This document shows, piece by piece, positions 55,176-64,000 of a DNA stretch of 64,000 bases. The stretch lies in NCBI GenBank assembly GCA_016934335.1, contig JAFGTC010000267.1, positions 10 through 64,009 on the forward strand, in the 5' to 3' direction. Position 1 is the stretch's first letter. Every line of letters begins with the position of its first letter. This DNA is from Candidatus Omnitrophota bacterium (GTDB taxonomy: Bacteria; Hinthialibacterota; Hinthialibacteria; Hinthialibacterales; Hinthialibacteraceae). Below the pieces are notes generated by a model. That model did no database searches and had not been told where the DNA came from. It was given only the letters and a program-made list of their open reading frames with translations. A program made the translations under genes and the position numbers.

Positions 55176-57809
55176 ATGAAATCGAAAATTGTTGCGGGTT
55201 CCGTCATCGCCTCGATTTTGATCATCGGTTTTTCTGTTGGATACATTGTTCATCGCATCCAGCGACAAAATCTGTTATCTGAGGCGCAGAGACTGTTCAA
55301 TCAGGGTGATTATCAGGAACTTGTTGATAAATTGAAACCGTCGCTCCAAGATGATGCTCCTGCGGCGGACGAAAGAATCCTGGCGGCGGAATCTTATTAT
55401 CGGATGCGGCGGTATGATGAAGCCCAGAAGGTGCTCGATCCTCTCATTCGCGCCGGTCAAGAAGACGCACGCGCCTTGGCCTTATCCGGTTGGTTGTGGG
55501 TGAAAGAAAAATCACCTCTGCAAGCGCAAGTTCGATTCGAAAAAGCCGCCAATATGGGATTGGAAGCGGAAGCCGAAGGCGGTTTGGGCGCAGTCTCGTT
55601 GTTGAAAAGTGAAAATTATCGCAGTAGTTTTTTGAATGTGGCTATATCGCATTTGAAGAAATCGATAACCCTCGATCCGAACAATCCTAAAGTTTATCTT
55701 GTTTTCGCCGAGCTGCGGCGAGTGCAGCATGAGTTTGACGAAGCAATCTCTCTAACCCAAAAAGCGATTCGACTGGCTCCTCATTGGTCGGAGCCTCACG
55801 GAATGCTCGGACGCATTTATTTATTGCAAGACAAGCATGAAGACGCCGAACAAGCCTTCAAAGAAAGCCAACGATGGGGAGGATCGGAGGAAGAGACAAA
55901 ATATTACTTAGCCTTATCCGTTTATTATCAGGATCGAGTCGATGAAGCCTTGTCTTTGTTGGAGGAATTGATTCAAGACGGTCAAGAGATGGTCAAGGAG
56001 GCTTTAGTCGACGCCGCTAAAATCGCTTGGCTGATGGATGAAAAGAAGGCGATCGATTATCTGCAACGTGCGTGGGCGATGAAGCCCGATCCCCAAACCG
56101 GGCTGCAGTTGTTTGAGATTTATTCACGTTTAGACCGTCGTGAAGAGGGAGCGGCGTTGTTAAAGGAGTTGTTAACCGACTGGCCGTTTCTCTCGCTGGC
56201 GCAATTGGAGATGGGGCATATTCTGGTGAAGCAAAATGAGATAAACCGGGCTTATTCATCCTATCAGAATGTTCTCGAACAAGACGTACGTAACTTCTGG
56301 GCTAATTATAACTTAGGTTATCTTGTTCCTCAACGCAGCGATTTCAACCAGGCGCCTGATTTCTTTGAAGCCGCTGTAAGAGAATACGAGGATTTCTTTC
56401 CTGCTCAAGTCAATATGATACTGGGGAAGCTTGCCGTCGACCGCGTCATGGAATTAGAGGATCAAATCAATGATCTGTTAGAGCGATATCCCCAAAATTC
56501 GTACTTACTTTTATGCCGGGCTTTAGAACGTTTTGCGTCCGGAGATTCGGGAAGCGCTTTGGAGTATTTAGAGCGATCTTTGGGTGCAGGGCAGAATCAG
56601 GCTGTATCTTTTGTGATTCGCGGAGAAATATTACTGCGGCTTTTTCAGTTCGAGGATGCGCTAGCCAGTTTTGAGGAAGCGCATCGACTCGATGATGCGA
56701 ATATCAGGGCTCTATTAGGAAAAGCGCACGCCTCCTATCGCTTAGGCGATTTTTCGGTTTCCGAAAATGTTTATGAGGAATTGTTCAACAAACTCTCTTC
56801 GCTGACGCTTGAGCAGCAAGTGGAAGTGCAGAATGGGCTTGCTTTGATTGCGTTGGAAAGAGGGGATTATCAAAAATCGATTGAGATATGGGATAAACTG
56901 GGACGAGACAACCAGGAACTTGCCCGCCAACTCAGCGCGGTCAATAAAGGTTTAATCGAGGAGGAAAATCCCAATCCGGCGGCCATTGAAGATTTGAAAA
57001 CGGCGGCTATGTCGCGCAACGTTCTTCCAGAGACTTTTTACAATTTAGCCGTTTTTTATCTAACTTTGGGAAAAGATGCTTTGTCCTTGGATGCGTATGA
57101 GACTTTGACTCGGCGTTTTCCCGGTTATTTGCCCGGCCTTTATAATTTGGCGAATTTGTATGGGATCGAAGGGCGGAGAGGAGATGCGATCGCTTATTAT
57201 GACCGGGCGGCCGCCGTCGCTCCTGATCGTGCGGATATTCTGAATAATCAGGCGGCTATATACGCTTTTACAGGGCAATACGAGAGGGCGGGGGAACGCC
57301 TGAATGAAGCGGAAGAGAACGATTCAAACTTTCCGGAAATCCGGTATAACAAAATTTTACTGGCGCTCACGGAGGGAGATGTCGAGGAGGCGCCGCGTTT
57401 GTTGTCGGAATTCGCCGGGGCTGGAGCGTCTTCGCCTCTAGTAGGAATGGCAAAAGGTTTAGTGCGCGCGGGGGAAGGACGTTGGGAAGAAGCGGAATCT
57501 GCCTTTTCTCAAGCGGCGCAAATCGATTCACAGAATGCCTTTACATATATAAACCAGGGAGTATCTTTGGCAAAGTTAGGGCGTTATCCGGAATCGCAGG
57601 CTGCTCTTCAAAAGGCGGTTCAATGCGATCCATCTTTAGGCGAAGCTCGCCGAGCGCTGGGTATTTTATATTGTCAGATGGGCCTGTTCGATCTGGCGGA
57701 AAAAGAATTGGAGAATGCTCTTCAACTTAATCCAAGTCAGGCGGATTTGGTCGAGATTTTAACGCAAATTAAAAAGTGGATGGAGGAGATAAAACCTTCG
57801 AATCCTTGA
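55176..57809 (+). CDS. Large TPR-repeat protein with N-terminal membrane anchor
   Basis: MKSKIVAGSVIASILIIGFSVGYIV anchor, with an AGGGAGAGAG RBS before 55176; TPR-like helical repeats throughout. Confidence 0.7.
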   Translation: MKSKIVAGSVIASILIIGFSVGYIVHRIQRQNLLSEAQRLFNQGDYQELVDKLKPSLQDDAPAADERILAAESYYRMRRYDEAQKVLDPLIRAGQEDARALALSGWLWVKEKSPLQAQVRFEKAANMGLEAEAEGGLGAVSLLKSENYRSSFLNVAISHLKKSITLDPNNPKVYLVFAELRRVQHEFDEAISLTQKAIRLAPHWSEPHGMLGRIYLLQDKHEDAEQAFKESQRWGGSEEETKYYLALSVYYQDRVDEALSLLEELIQDGQEMVKEALVDAAKIAWLMDEKKAIDYLQRAWAMKPDPQTGLQLFEIYSRLDRREEGAALLKELLTDWPFLSLAQLEMGHILVKQNEINRAYSSYQNVLEQDVRNFWANYNLGYLVPQRSDFNQAPDFFEAAVREYEDFFPAQVNMILGKLAVDRVMELEDQINDLLERYPQNSYLLLCRALERFASGDSGSALEYLERSLGAGQNQAVSFVIRGEILLRLFQFEDALASFEEAHRLDDANIRALLGKAHASYRLGDFSVSENVYEELFNKLSSLTLEQQVEVQNGLALIALERGDYQKSIEIWDKLGRDNQELARQLSAVNKGLIEEENPNPAAIEDLKTAAMSRNVLPETFYNLAVFYLTLGKDALSLDAYETLTRRFPGYLPGLYNLANLYGIEGRRGDAIAYYDRAAAVAPDRADILNNQAAIYAFTGQYERAGERLNEAEENDSNFPEIRYNKILLALTEGDVEEAPRLLSEFAGAGASSPLVGMAKGLVRAGEGRWEEAESAFSQAAQIDSQNAFTYINQGVSLAKLGRYPESQAALQKAVQCDPSLGEARRALGILYCQMGLFDLAEKELENALQLNPSQADLVEILTQIKKWMEEIKPSNP

Positions 57810-57931
57810 CGTTCTTTTTGAGTTGAAGATATACTATTCTAAATGATGAAATTTATGCTGCTCTATATTGAATGTAAGCGGATGCCAAGCCTCCCATCCC
57901 AAGACTATTACCCTGCAGGTGAATAGAAATC

Positions 57932-59647
57932 ATGGAAAATCAAGAAGATAAAACGGCGGTTGCCAATAGTGTCGAGCCAAACGATGGTTCTCCGACCCCG
58001 AATCAATATTCGCTTGAGACCGAGAGCGCTCAACGTCTTCAGGATGTGGATTACGCTACGGTGGAATTGGGAGCGGAGGATATGCTGGAATCGTTGGCCG
58101 AACAGGCCAATATGGAGATCATCCAGCTGCGTCAAAAACACTTATTGCCCGATGTCGTAAACTTAATGCCGGAGAAGATGGCCCGGCGTTATAATGCAAT
58201 TGCGATTGATCGAGATGAAGACTCGATAACGATTGCCATTTCCGATCCCTTCAATCTGGATGCTCAAGACGCGATCAGTTTTTGTTTTCCCGGTTATCAA
58301 TTGAAATGGGTTCTTTCGCGGGAAGACGAGATTACCATAGCGATTGAGCGGTATTATCGCGGCCAGCAAGCCATGGTTGAAGACATGTTGAATGAGATCA
58401 GCGAAGATCAGGCTTACGGCAAAGGCGATGAAAAAACGCTGAAGGAGATGTTGACGGATGACATCTCGTTAGACGATGAAGGGCCGATTTTACGTCTGGT
58501 GGACTTGGTCTTTGAGGAAGCGGTGCGTACGCGAGCTTCCGATATTCATTTCGAACCGTTTGAAGACAAATTTATCATTCGCTTCCGCATTGACGGCGTT
58601 CTCCATGAGATTCAATCCCCTAGCAAAAAGTTGCAAGGTCCGATTTTGTCTCGCCTGAAGTTGATGAGCGGCATGGACCTTTCCGAAAAACGAGTTCCCC
58701 AGGACGGCCGCATCCAGAGGGTGATTTTAGGCCGTCATTTCGACTTCCGCGTCTCGGCGCTTCCCGCTTTGCATGGCGAGAGCATCGTCACCCGTCTGTT
58801 GGAGCAGTCAGGCGTTCTGCTCGGTTTGGAGCAGATTGGGTTTTTAGAAGACAACGTTGAAAAGTTCAAGGATATGATTAAGCGTCCCAACGGCATCATT
58901 TTGATGACTGGTCCGACGGGATCCGGGAAGACGACTACGCTTTATTCCGCTCTCAATGTTATTAATAATGTCGATACGAAGATAGTCACCGTCGAGAACC
59001 CGGTGGAGTATCAGATTGAGGGGATCAATCAAGTTCAGATCAACGATGATATTGGATTGACATTTTCGTTGGCGCTTCGCTCCATTCTTCGCCAGGCGCC
59101 GAACGTTATTCTCGTCGGTGAAATCCGCGACTTGGAAACAGCGGAAATCGCGATCAGCGCAGCGATGACCGGGCATTTGGTCTTTTCGACGCTGCACACG
59201 AACGATGCTCCCAGCGCGAATACGCGTCTGGTGGAAATGGGGGTGAAACCCTTCCTGGTGGCCTCGGCGATCCAGGCTATCATCGCTCAGCGCCTCGTGC
59301 GAACGATTTGTAAGGAATGTAAAGAGCAGTATGAGCCTGATCCCCTGGTAATCAAAGATCTTGGATTCGATCCGGATGAATACAAAGGACAGGCGTTTTA
59401 CCGGGGCAAAGGCTGCGAGAACTGCAACTATACGGGGTACAAGGGTCGAACCGCTATTCACGAGGTGATGGAAAACTCGGATGAAATACGAGATTTGGTA
59501 TTGAATAACGCCACGTCCGACGCAATTCGCTCTTTGGCGCGAAAACAGGGCATGAGAACGCTTCGTGAGGATGGATGGCTGAAAGTTCTACGCGGTCAAA
59601 CCACCATGGTTGAAGTCGCTCGCATCACGGCGGGAGATGAAATTTAA
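57932..59647 (+). CDS. pilB: Type II secretion / type IV pilus assembly ATPase (GspE/PilB family)
   Basis: T2SSE_N domain; Walker A GPTGSGKTTTLYS; Asp/His boxes; tetracysteine CKECKEQ...CENCNYTGYKGR. Confidence 0.8.
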   Translation: MENQEDKTAVANSVEPNDGSPTPNQYSLETESAQRLQDVDYATVELGAEDMLESLAEQANMEIIQLRQKHLLPDVVNLMPEKMARRYNAIAIDRDEDSITIAISDPFNLDAQDAISFCFPGYQLKWVLSREDEITIAIERYYRGQQAMVEDMLNEISEDQAYGKGDEKTLKEMLTDDISLDDEGPILRLVDLVFEEAVRTRASDIHFEPFEDKFIIRFRIDGVLHEIQSPSKKLQGPILSRLKLMSGMDLSEKRVPQDGRIQRVILGRHFDFRVSALPALHGESIVTRLLEQSGVLLGLEQIGFLEDNVEKFKDMIKRPNGIILMTGPTGSGKTTTLYSALNVINNVDTKIVTVENPVEYQIEGINQVQINDDIGLTFSLALRSILRQAPNVILVGEIRDLETAEIAISAAMTGHLVFSTLHTNDAPSANTRLVEMGVKPFLVASAIQAIIAQRLVRTICKECKEQYEPDPLVIKDLGFDPDEYKGQAFYRGKGCENCNYTGYKGRTAIHEVMENSDEIRDLVLNNATSDAIRSLARKQGMRTLREDGWLKVLRGQTTMVEVARITAGDEI

Positions 59648-59697
59648 TTTTAGTTAGTTATTGTAAAAATTGAAAGAAATAGAAAGGTATAATCATC

Positions 59698-60768
59698 GTG
59701 GTTAATTTGAAAATGGAGGATCTCCTCAAGATTGTCGTCGAGCGGGACGCTTCCGATTTGCACATTCGAGTTGGGCGACCGCCTGTTATTCGAATTGACG
59801 GCCGTTTGGAAGATTTGGGAAACGAGCCTTTGACGGCCGAAGATTCGGAATACTTGATGAACAGCATTTCTCCCGATATGCATCGTGAAGCGATTGCGGA
59901 AATCGGAAGCGCCGACTACGGCTATGCGTTTCAGAATCTGGCTCGTTTTCGCGTTTCCATCTTTCGAACTTATGGAAATTACGGGATGGTCATGCGTCTG
60001 ATTCCATCCCGCATACTCTCTTTTGAAGATCTAGGCCTTCCCCTGGCCGCCACGAAGGAGTTGCTGCATCGTCCCCGCGGTCTGGTTTTGGTCGTCGGTC
60101 CGACCGGATCGGGCAAGACAACGACATTAGCCACGATGATCGATTACATCAACCGAAATCGGGACACGCATATCATCACAATCGAAGATCCGATTGAGTA
60201 TTTTCATCCCCACAAAAAATCAATCGTTACGCATAGGGCTTTGCATGTCGATGTCACGTCGTTCGCGGCTGGTTTGCGCTCCGCTCTTCGCCAGGATCCA
60301 GACGTCATTCTGGTCGGTGAAATGCGCGACACCGAAACCATGCAGGCGGCCATCACTGCGGCGGAGACGGGGCATTTGGTCTTTGCCACTCTGCATACGA
60401 ACAGTGCGGCGGCGACAATCAACCGAATTGTGGACGCCTTCCCGACGAATCAGCAGGAGCAGATTCGCATGCAGTTGTCTGTTACGCTCATCGCTTCCAT
60501 TTCCCAGGCTTTGTTGGGTCGCGCCAGCGGGAAAGGGCGGGTCGCTGCTTATGAACTTATGTTCATGACCCCCGCTATAGCGAACTTGATTCGCGAGCGT
60601 CAGACCAACCGTATTCTTTCATCCATTCAGACGGGAGCAAAACTCGGGATGATTACGATGGATCAATTCCTTTATAACTTGTACACCAAGGGAACGATTA
60701 CAGCGGAAGATTGCATCGAACGGTCTCATGAGCCTGAAGATATGCGCAAGAAGATTTTGTTCTCGTGA
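59698..60768 (+). CDS. pilT: Twitching-motility retraction ATPase PilT
   Basis: GPTGSGKTTTLATMIDYIN, IITIEDPIEY, and the PilT-specific AIANLIRE motif. Confidence 0.85.
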   Translation: MVNLKMEDLLKIVVERDASDLHIRVGRPPVIRIDGRLEDLGNEPLTAEDSEYLMNSISPDMHREAIAEIGSADYGYAFQNLARFRVSIFRTYGNYGMVMRLIPSRILSFEDLGLPLAATKELLHRPRGLVLVVGPTGSGKTTTLATMIDYINRNRDTHIITIEDPIEYFHPHKKSIVTHRALHVDVTSFAAGLRSALRQDPDVILVGEMRDTETMQAAITAAETGHLVFATLHTNSAAATINRIVDAFPTNQQEQIRMQLSVTLIASISQALLGRASGKGRVAAYELMFMTPAIANLIRERQTNRILSSIQTGAKLGMITMDQFLYNLYTKGTITAEDCIERSHEPEDMRKKILFS

Positions 60769-60830
60769 CGTTAGATCATGAGTTTTCTTATTTGGATTAC
60801 ATACACTTTCATTCCGGCGAGGAATAATCA

Positions 60831-62684
60831 ATGCTTGGATTAGGACGAAAGAAAAAGTCGAAAGACGCAACGGACGATCTTCAGAAGAAAAACACGGGTG
60901 ACTCGGATGCCGCCATCATTTCAACGATGGATGAATCGTCTGCAGAAGGGGATGCCGGAGCGGGCGCCGCGGAAGCGGTTGCGGAGATTTCTCAAGAGGA
61001 GTCGGCGGCTCTTGTCGGCGATTCGAAAGGCGCTCCGATGATGCCTGACGAGGCGGGGCAGGCGGTTCGAGACGCCATGCTGGAGCAGGTAACCGAAGCT
61101 TCTGAAGAAACAACCAGTTATACGTCGGAAGAAGATTTGCTGGCGGTGTTGGCGGAACAAGTGGGGATGGAGCTGGTCAAAATCAATGACTATGAAATCG
61201 AGCAATCGATCGTTGATTTGGTGCCGCCCGATTTGGCTCGACAATATAAGGTCTTCCCGTTGGAGATTGATGAAGAGACCGATACAATCACCCTTGCGAT
61301 TTCCGATCCCTTGAACGTCCAAACTCTAGACGATTTGCGCATCTGGTTGGATCACAATGTGCGCGGCGTCATCGCTTCGGAAGAAGAAATCGACAGCGTC
61401 ATAGAAGAATTTTATGGATCCGGCGGCGAGTCCGTGGATGATGTTCTTCATGAGTTGGATTCGCAGGATTACAACATCGATTTCAAGGACAACAGTTTCG
61501 GGAACCTCGAAAAGATCGTGCATGAGGCTCCCATCGTCAAACTGGTGAACTTGATCCTTCTGCAGGCCATTAAGGATCGCGCCTCCGACTTGCACGTGGA
61601 GCCCTTTGAAAACACGCTGCGCATCCGCTATCGTGTGGACGGAATTCTCCACGAAACCGTCCCCCCGCCCTCGCACTTGACCGACGCGATCATTTCTCGC
61701 TTGAAGGTTATGTCCGGCCTGAACATCGCCGAGCGGCGTCTGCCTCAAGACGGCCGCGTGAAGTTGTCGATGTCGGATCGCAACGTTGAATTGCGCGTCT
61801 CGTCGCTTCCGACAGTTAACGGCGAGAGCGTAGTTATGCGCATCCTCGACAGCCAGATGATGGATATGGGGCTCGAGAACATCGGAATGCTTCCCGATGC
61901 GCTGGAAATGTTTGACAAAGTCATCAAACGGCCGAACGGCATCGTTCTCGTTACAGGGCCTACCGGCTGCGGCAAAACGACGACTTTATATGCCGCGCTC
62001 CGCCGAGTTTTCAGCCCCATGTTGAAAATGATTACGACGGAAAACCCGGTGGAATATCAAATGGACGGCGTCGTGCAGGTCAACATCAACCACTCCGTCG
62101 GTCTTACATTCGCCCGCTGTCTGCGCGCCATTCTGCGCCAGGACCCTGATATCATCATGGTGGGCGAGATACGCGACTTTGAGACGGCGCAGATGGCCAT
62201 CGAATCGTCTCTGACCGGCCACTTGGTGCTTTCTACGCTTCACACAAACGATGCGCCTAGCACGCTGACTCGTTTGATCGATATGGACGTGGAGCCGTTC
62301 TTGATCACATCCGCCGTGACCGCCGTCGTAGCGCAGCGCCTGATTCGAAAAGTATGCCTGGATTGTAAAGAGCCTTACAAACCGGATCCGGCCTTGATTC
62401 GAGAAATAGGATTCGATCCCGCCGAAGTCGGAAACATCAACTTCTTCCACGGCCGAGGATGCGCCGAATGCAACTATACCGGCTATAAAGGTCGAATCGG
62501 AATTTTTGAATTGCTGTTGTTATCCGACGAAGTAAAAGAACAAGTGCTGAATCGCGATTCGAGCGCTGTCATCTTTCGTCAGGCGCGCAAGGACGGCATG
62601 CGCACCATGCGCGAGGATGGCTGGGAAAAAGTGCTGCAGGGACTCACTACGGTTGAGGAAGTTCTTTCCAGCACATCGCATTAA
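60831..62684 (+). CDS. Second GspE/PilB-family secretion ATPase with acidic low-complexity N-terminal extension
   Basis: N-terminal ~100 aa is acidic and Ala-rich; then T2SSE_N, Walker A GPTGCGKTTTLYA, and tetracysteine CLDCKEPY...CAECNYTGYKGR. Confidence 0.8.
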   Translation: MLGLGRKKKSKDATDDLQKKNTGDSDAAIISTMDESSAEGDAGAGAAEAVAEISQEESAALVGDSKGAPMMPDEAGQAVRDAMLEQVTEASEETTSYTSEEDLLAVLAEQVGMELVKINDYEIEQSIVDLVPPDLARQYKVFPLEIDEETDTITLAISDPLNVQTLDDLRIWLDHNVRGVIASEEEIDSVIEEFYGSGGESVDDVLHELDSQDYNIDFKDNSFGNLEKIVHEAPIVKLVNLILLQAIKDRASDLHVEPFENTLRIRYRVDGILHETVPPPSHLTDAIISRLKVMSGLNIAERRLPQDGRVKLSMSDRNVELRVSSLPTVNGESVVMRILDSQMMDMGLENIGMLPDALEMFDKVIKRPNGIVLVTGPTGCGKTTTLYAALRRVFSPMLKMITTENPVEYQMDGVVQVNINHSVGLTFARCLRAILRQDPDIIMVGEIRDFETAQMAIESSLTGHLVLSTLHTNDAPSTLTRLIDMDVEPFLITSAVTAVVAQRLIRKVCLDCKEPYKPDPALIREIGFDPAEVGNINFFHGRGCAECNYTGYKGRIGIFELLLLSDEVKEQVLNRDSSAVIFRQARKDGMRTMREDGWEKVLQGLTTVEEVLSSTSH

Positions 62685-62712
62685 GCGCAGAAATAAGCAT
62701 ATATACAAAAAA

Positions 62713-62738
62713 AGAGCGCTCCTCGGGGCGCTTTTTTT
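62713..62738 (+). terminator. Rho-independent terminator (GAGCGCTCC-tcgg-GGCGCTT + T7)
   Basis: GC-rich hairpin followed by TTTTTTTGTT, 29 nt after the stop of the last secretion ATPase gene. Confidence 0.6.
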
Positions 62739-62797
62739 GTTCAAAAATTTTGTTCAAAAATTGGAAGGAGTCATTGGATTGGACAATGACTCCTTCC
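62735..62797. repeat. Tandem direct repeat (TTTGTTCAAAAATT x2) followed by a perfect 14-bp-stem hairpin GGAAGGAGTCATTG-N7-CAATGACTCCTTCC
   Basis: Read directly. On the minus strand the hairpin is followed by a T-rich run, so it could terminate minus-strand transcripts. Confidence 0.45.
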
Positions 62798-63109
62798 TCA
62801 CCCTTCGGGCGGCGCATCAATTTTGTGCATAACGCCTCCCTTTTGCATGTTTTCCTGAATGCGCTATTCAGGTTTTGGGTTGCATAGCAAGGTTTCACAA
62901 CTCTTGGCTATGCGATTTTGGGGCGATAAACGTCGCCCTCGCGTTTTTTAAAGGAGGGAAATCCAGCTGGGTTATTTCCCATTTCTCCTTTATTAATATT
63001 GTTATCATCCGTGTTCGATAAAGTCAACAGGATTCTGTGGGAAAGTTGCGGAATATCGATGCAATGGAAACTGAACGCCAGCGTCGAATTGAATGCGGAC
63101 TACGAAATG

Positions 63110-63940
63110 TTATTGCAGTTCAGGAGGGGGGATGGCGTCGCCTTGCAGTTGCGCAAGTTGTTCCTGCTTCGAATAGCATCCGTAAAATGAGGCGTTGCCG
63201 TCCAGCCAGAGATAGATTCGTCTCCATTCGTCATCGTTTAGAGATAAGTTCTTAGCATGGTTCTCATTTTTCAGAATCTCGAGCAACGGGCTGACATCGG
63301 ACGGCATGCGCCCCGGATGCGTAACGATGGGCGTGATGCTTTGATTTCCCCATTCATACCACCGAACATACGGTTTTAAGTTTTCGTAGGATGCGGTGAA
63401 TGTTCCCACGGTTTTACTGGTAAGATCCGGTCGATCTTCATGAGCGCCGTCATGGCAGCCAATGCAATGGCGATCGAGTATGGGTTGCATTAAGCGCGGG
63501 TAGCTCCATGGCAGCGTTCCATCCGGGCCCGGTTTGATTTTGGAAGGCTTTCGCTGAAACGCCATAGTCGGCTGAAGTCCAGAGGCGCGGCCGATCGGTT
63601 CGTGGCATCCAATGCAGCCGCGCCGCTCGCCCGGCTGGAGATACGTAAGGCTTCGCATTCCCTGCACAGCCTTGCCTTTTCCGTCGATCGCCTGAAATGC
63701 GAGAGGAACTCGAGCCGGCGCGCGGAAATAAGCCGAGCCGTCTTGTTCTACCGGGACCGAGCCAAGCAGCATCCGGGCTGATTCGGCGTTCGCGTATCCC
63801 AAACGCGGCTGATTGGCGACATGCGTCTCGCTTTTTGGAAGGATCTGGAAAATATGCAGAGAGCTGATAGGGCGAGAAGAGGACATAGGGAAATGGCTTT
63901 GATACAAGTTGCTCAAAAGAAATTCTCCTTCCATCCCCAA
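63110..63940 (-). CDS. c-type cytochrome domain protein (two CxxCH haem-binding motifs); the N-terminus may lie beyond the window edge
   Basis: CIGCHEP and CIGCHDGAH motifs. Only 60 nt remain upstream before the window ends, so the start is uncertain. Confidence 0.45.
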   Translation of the reverse strand: MGMEGEFLLSNLYQSHFPMSSSRPISSLHIFQILPKSETHVANQPRLGYANAESARMLLGSVPVEQDGSAYFRAPARVPLAFQAIDGKGKAVQGMRSLTYLQPGERRGCIGCHEPIGRASGLQPTMAFQRKPSKIKPGPDGTLPWSYPRLMQPILDRHCIGCHDGAHEDRPDLTSKTVGTFTASYENLKPYVRWYEWGNQSITPIVTHPGRMPSDVSPLLEILKNENHAKNLSLNDDEWRRIYLWLDGNASFYGCYSKQEQLAQLQGDAIPPPELQ

Positions 63941-64000
63941 ATCGGGATTCAGATTGGAGGGAAGGGAGGGCGGAACGGATCGTGGTCGAAGCGGGATGGG

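Noticed and set aside
1-64000. Searched for mobile-element hallmarks (transposase or integrase motifs, terminal inverted repeats, tRNA-flanked islands) and CRISPR arrays
   Set aside because: None found. The only candidate acquired segments are the small restriction-modification cassette (1929-4377) and the AT-rich LuxR/TIR-like islet (24821-26649), neither with detectable boundaries or mobility genes.

Overview
This 64 kb window reads as ordinary chromosome from a fairly GC-rich, probably anaerobic bacterium. I found no tRNA, rRNA, CRISPR array, transposase or integrase. All calls below come from reading motifs in the ORF translations and the DNA by eye; no database search or folding was possible.

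Gene content, 5' to 3':
- A GT4 glycosyltransferase and a lysophospholipid-acyltransferase-like gene.
- A compact minus-strand vsr / C5-cytosine methyltransferase / candidate restriction endonuclease cassette.
- smpB, a nucleotide-sugar dehydrogenase, a SAM methyltransferase and lptB.
- A sigma-54 activator (PAS, AAA+, Fis HTH) whose PAS domain carries a CC-x6-C-x3-C cysteine cluster. Directly downstream is a tightly packed nine-gene operon: four NifX/NifB-C-terminal-like proteins, a DUF89 protein, a DUF5320 protein, and two MinD/ParA-type P-loop ATPases each carrying a double [4Fe-4S] ferredoxin insert. One NifX-like gene ends in an 18-nt tandem repeat encoding an (MGQGGG)n/RGG tail. No nitrogenase genes are present. 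This is the most interesting candidate for an undescribed system, plausibly metallocluster or Fe-S handling.
- thrB, an HI0933-family flavoprotein, a clan GH-A lipoprotein glycosidase, and an aminotransferase with an N-terminal segment that resembles a decayed transketolase fragment.
- An unusual fusion of a xylose-isomerase-like TIM barrel to a class-I aldolase domain, divergent from a Tat-signal sulfatase.
- An AT-rich islet holding an orphan LuxR-family response regulator convergent with a standalone nucleoside-2-deoxyribosyltransferase/TIR-like protein.
- An L-arabinan/arabinogalactan-type locus: a galT / GHMP sugar-1-kinase (L-arabinokinase-like) / galE operon, a GH127 and a GH51 with a CBM, two Na+/solute symporters, and a large secreted glycosidase. 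Each symporter gene is followed by the same hairpin repeat, with a compensatory base change in the stem.
- A DUF3124 protein and a permease, an ECF sigma with a zf-HC2 anti-sigma, a SMUG-type uracil-DNA glycosylase and a GT9 glycosyltransferase.
- A sensor PP2C phosphatase, a GT-C-like polytopic membrane protein followed by a large TPR protein, a PilB-PilT-PilB2 ATPase trio, and a partial c-type cytochrome gene at the window edge.
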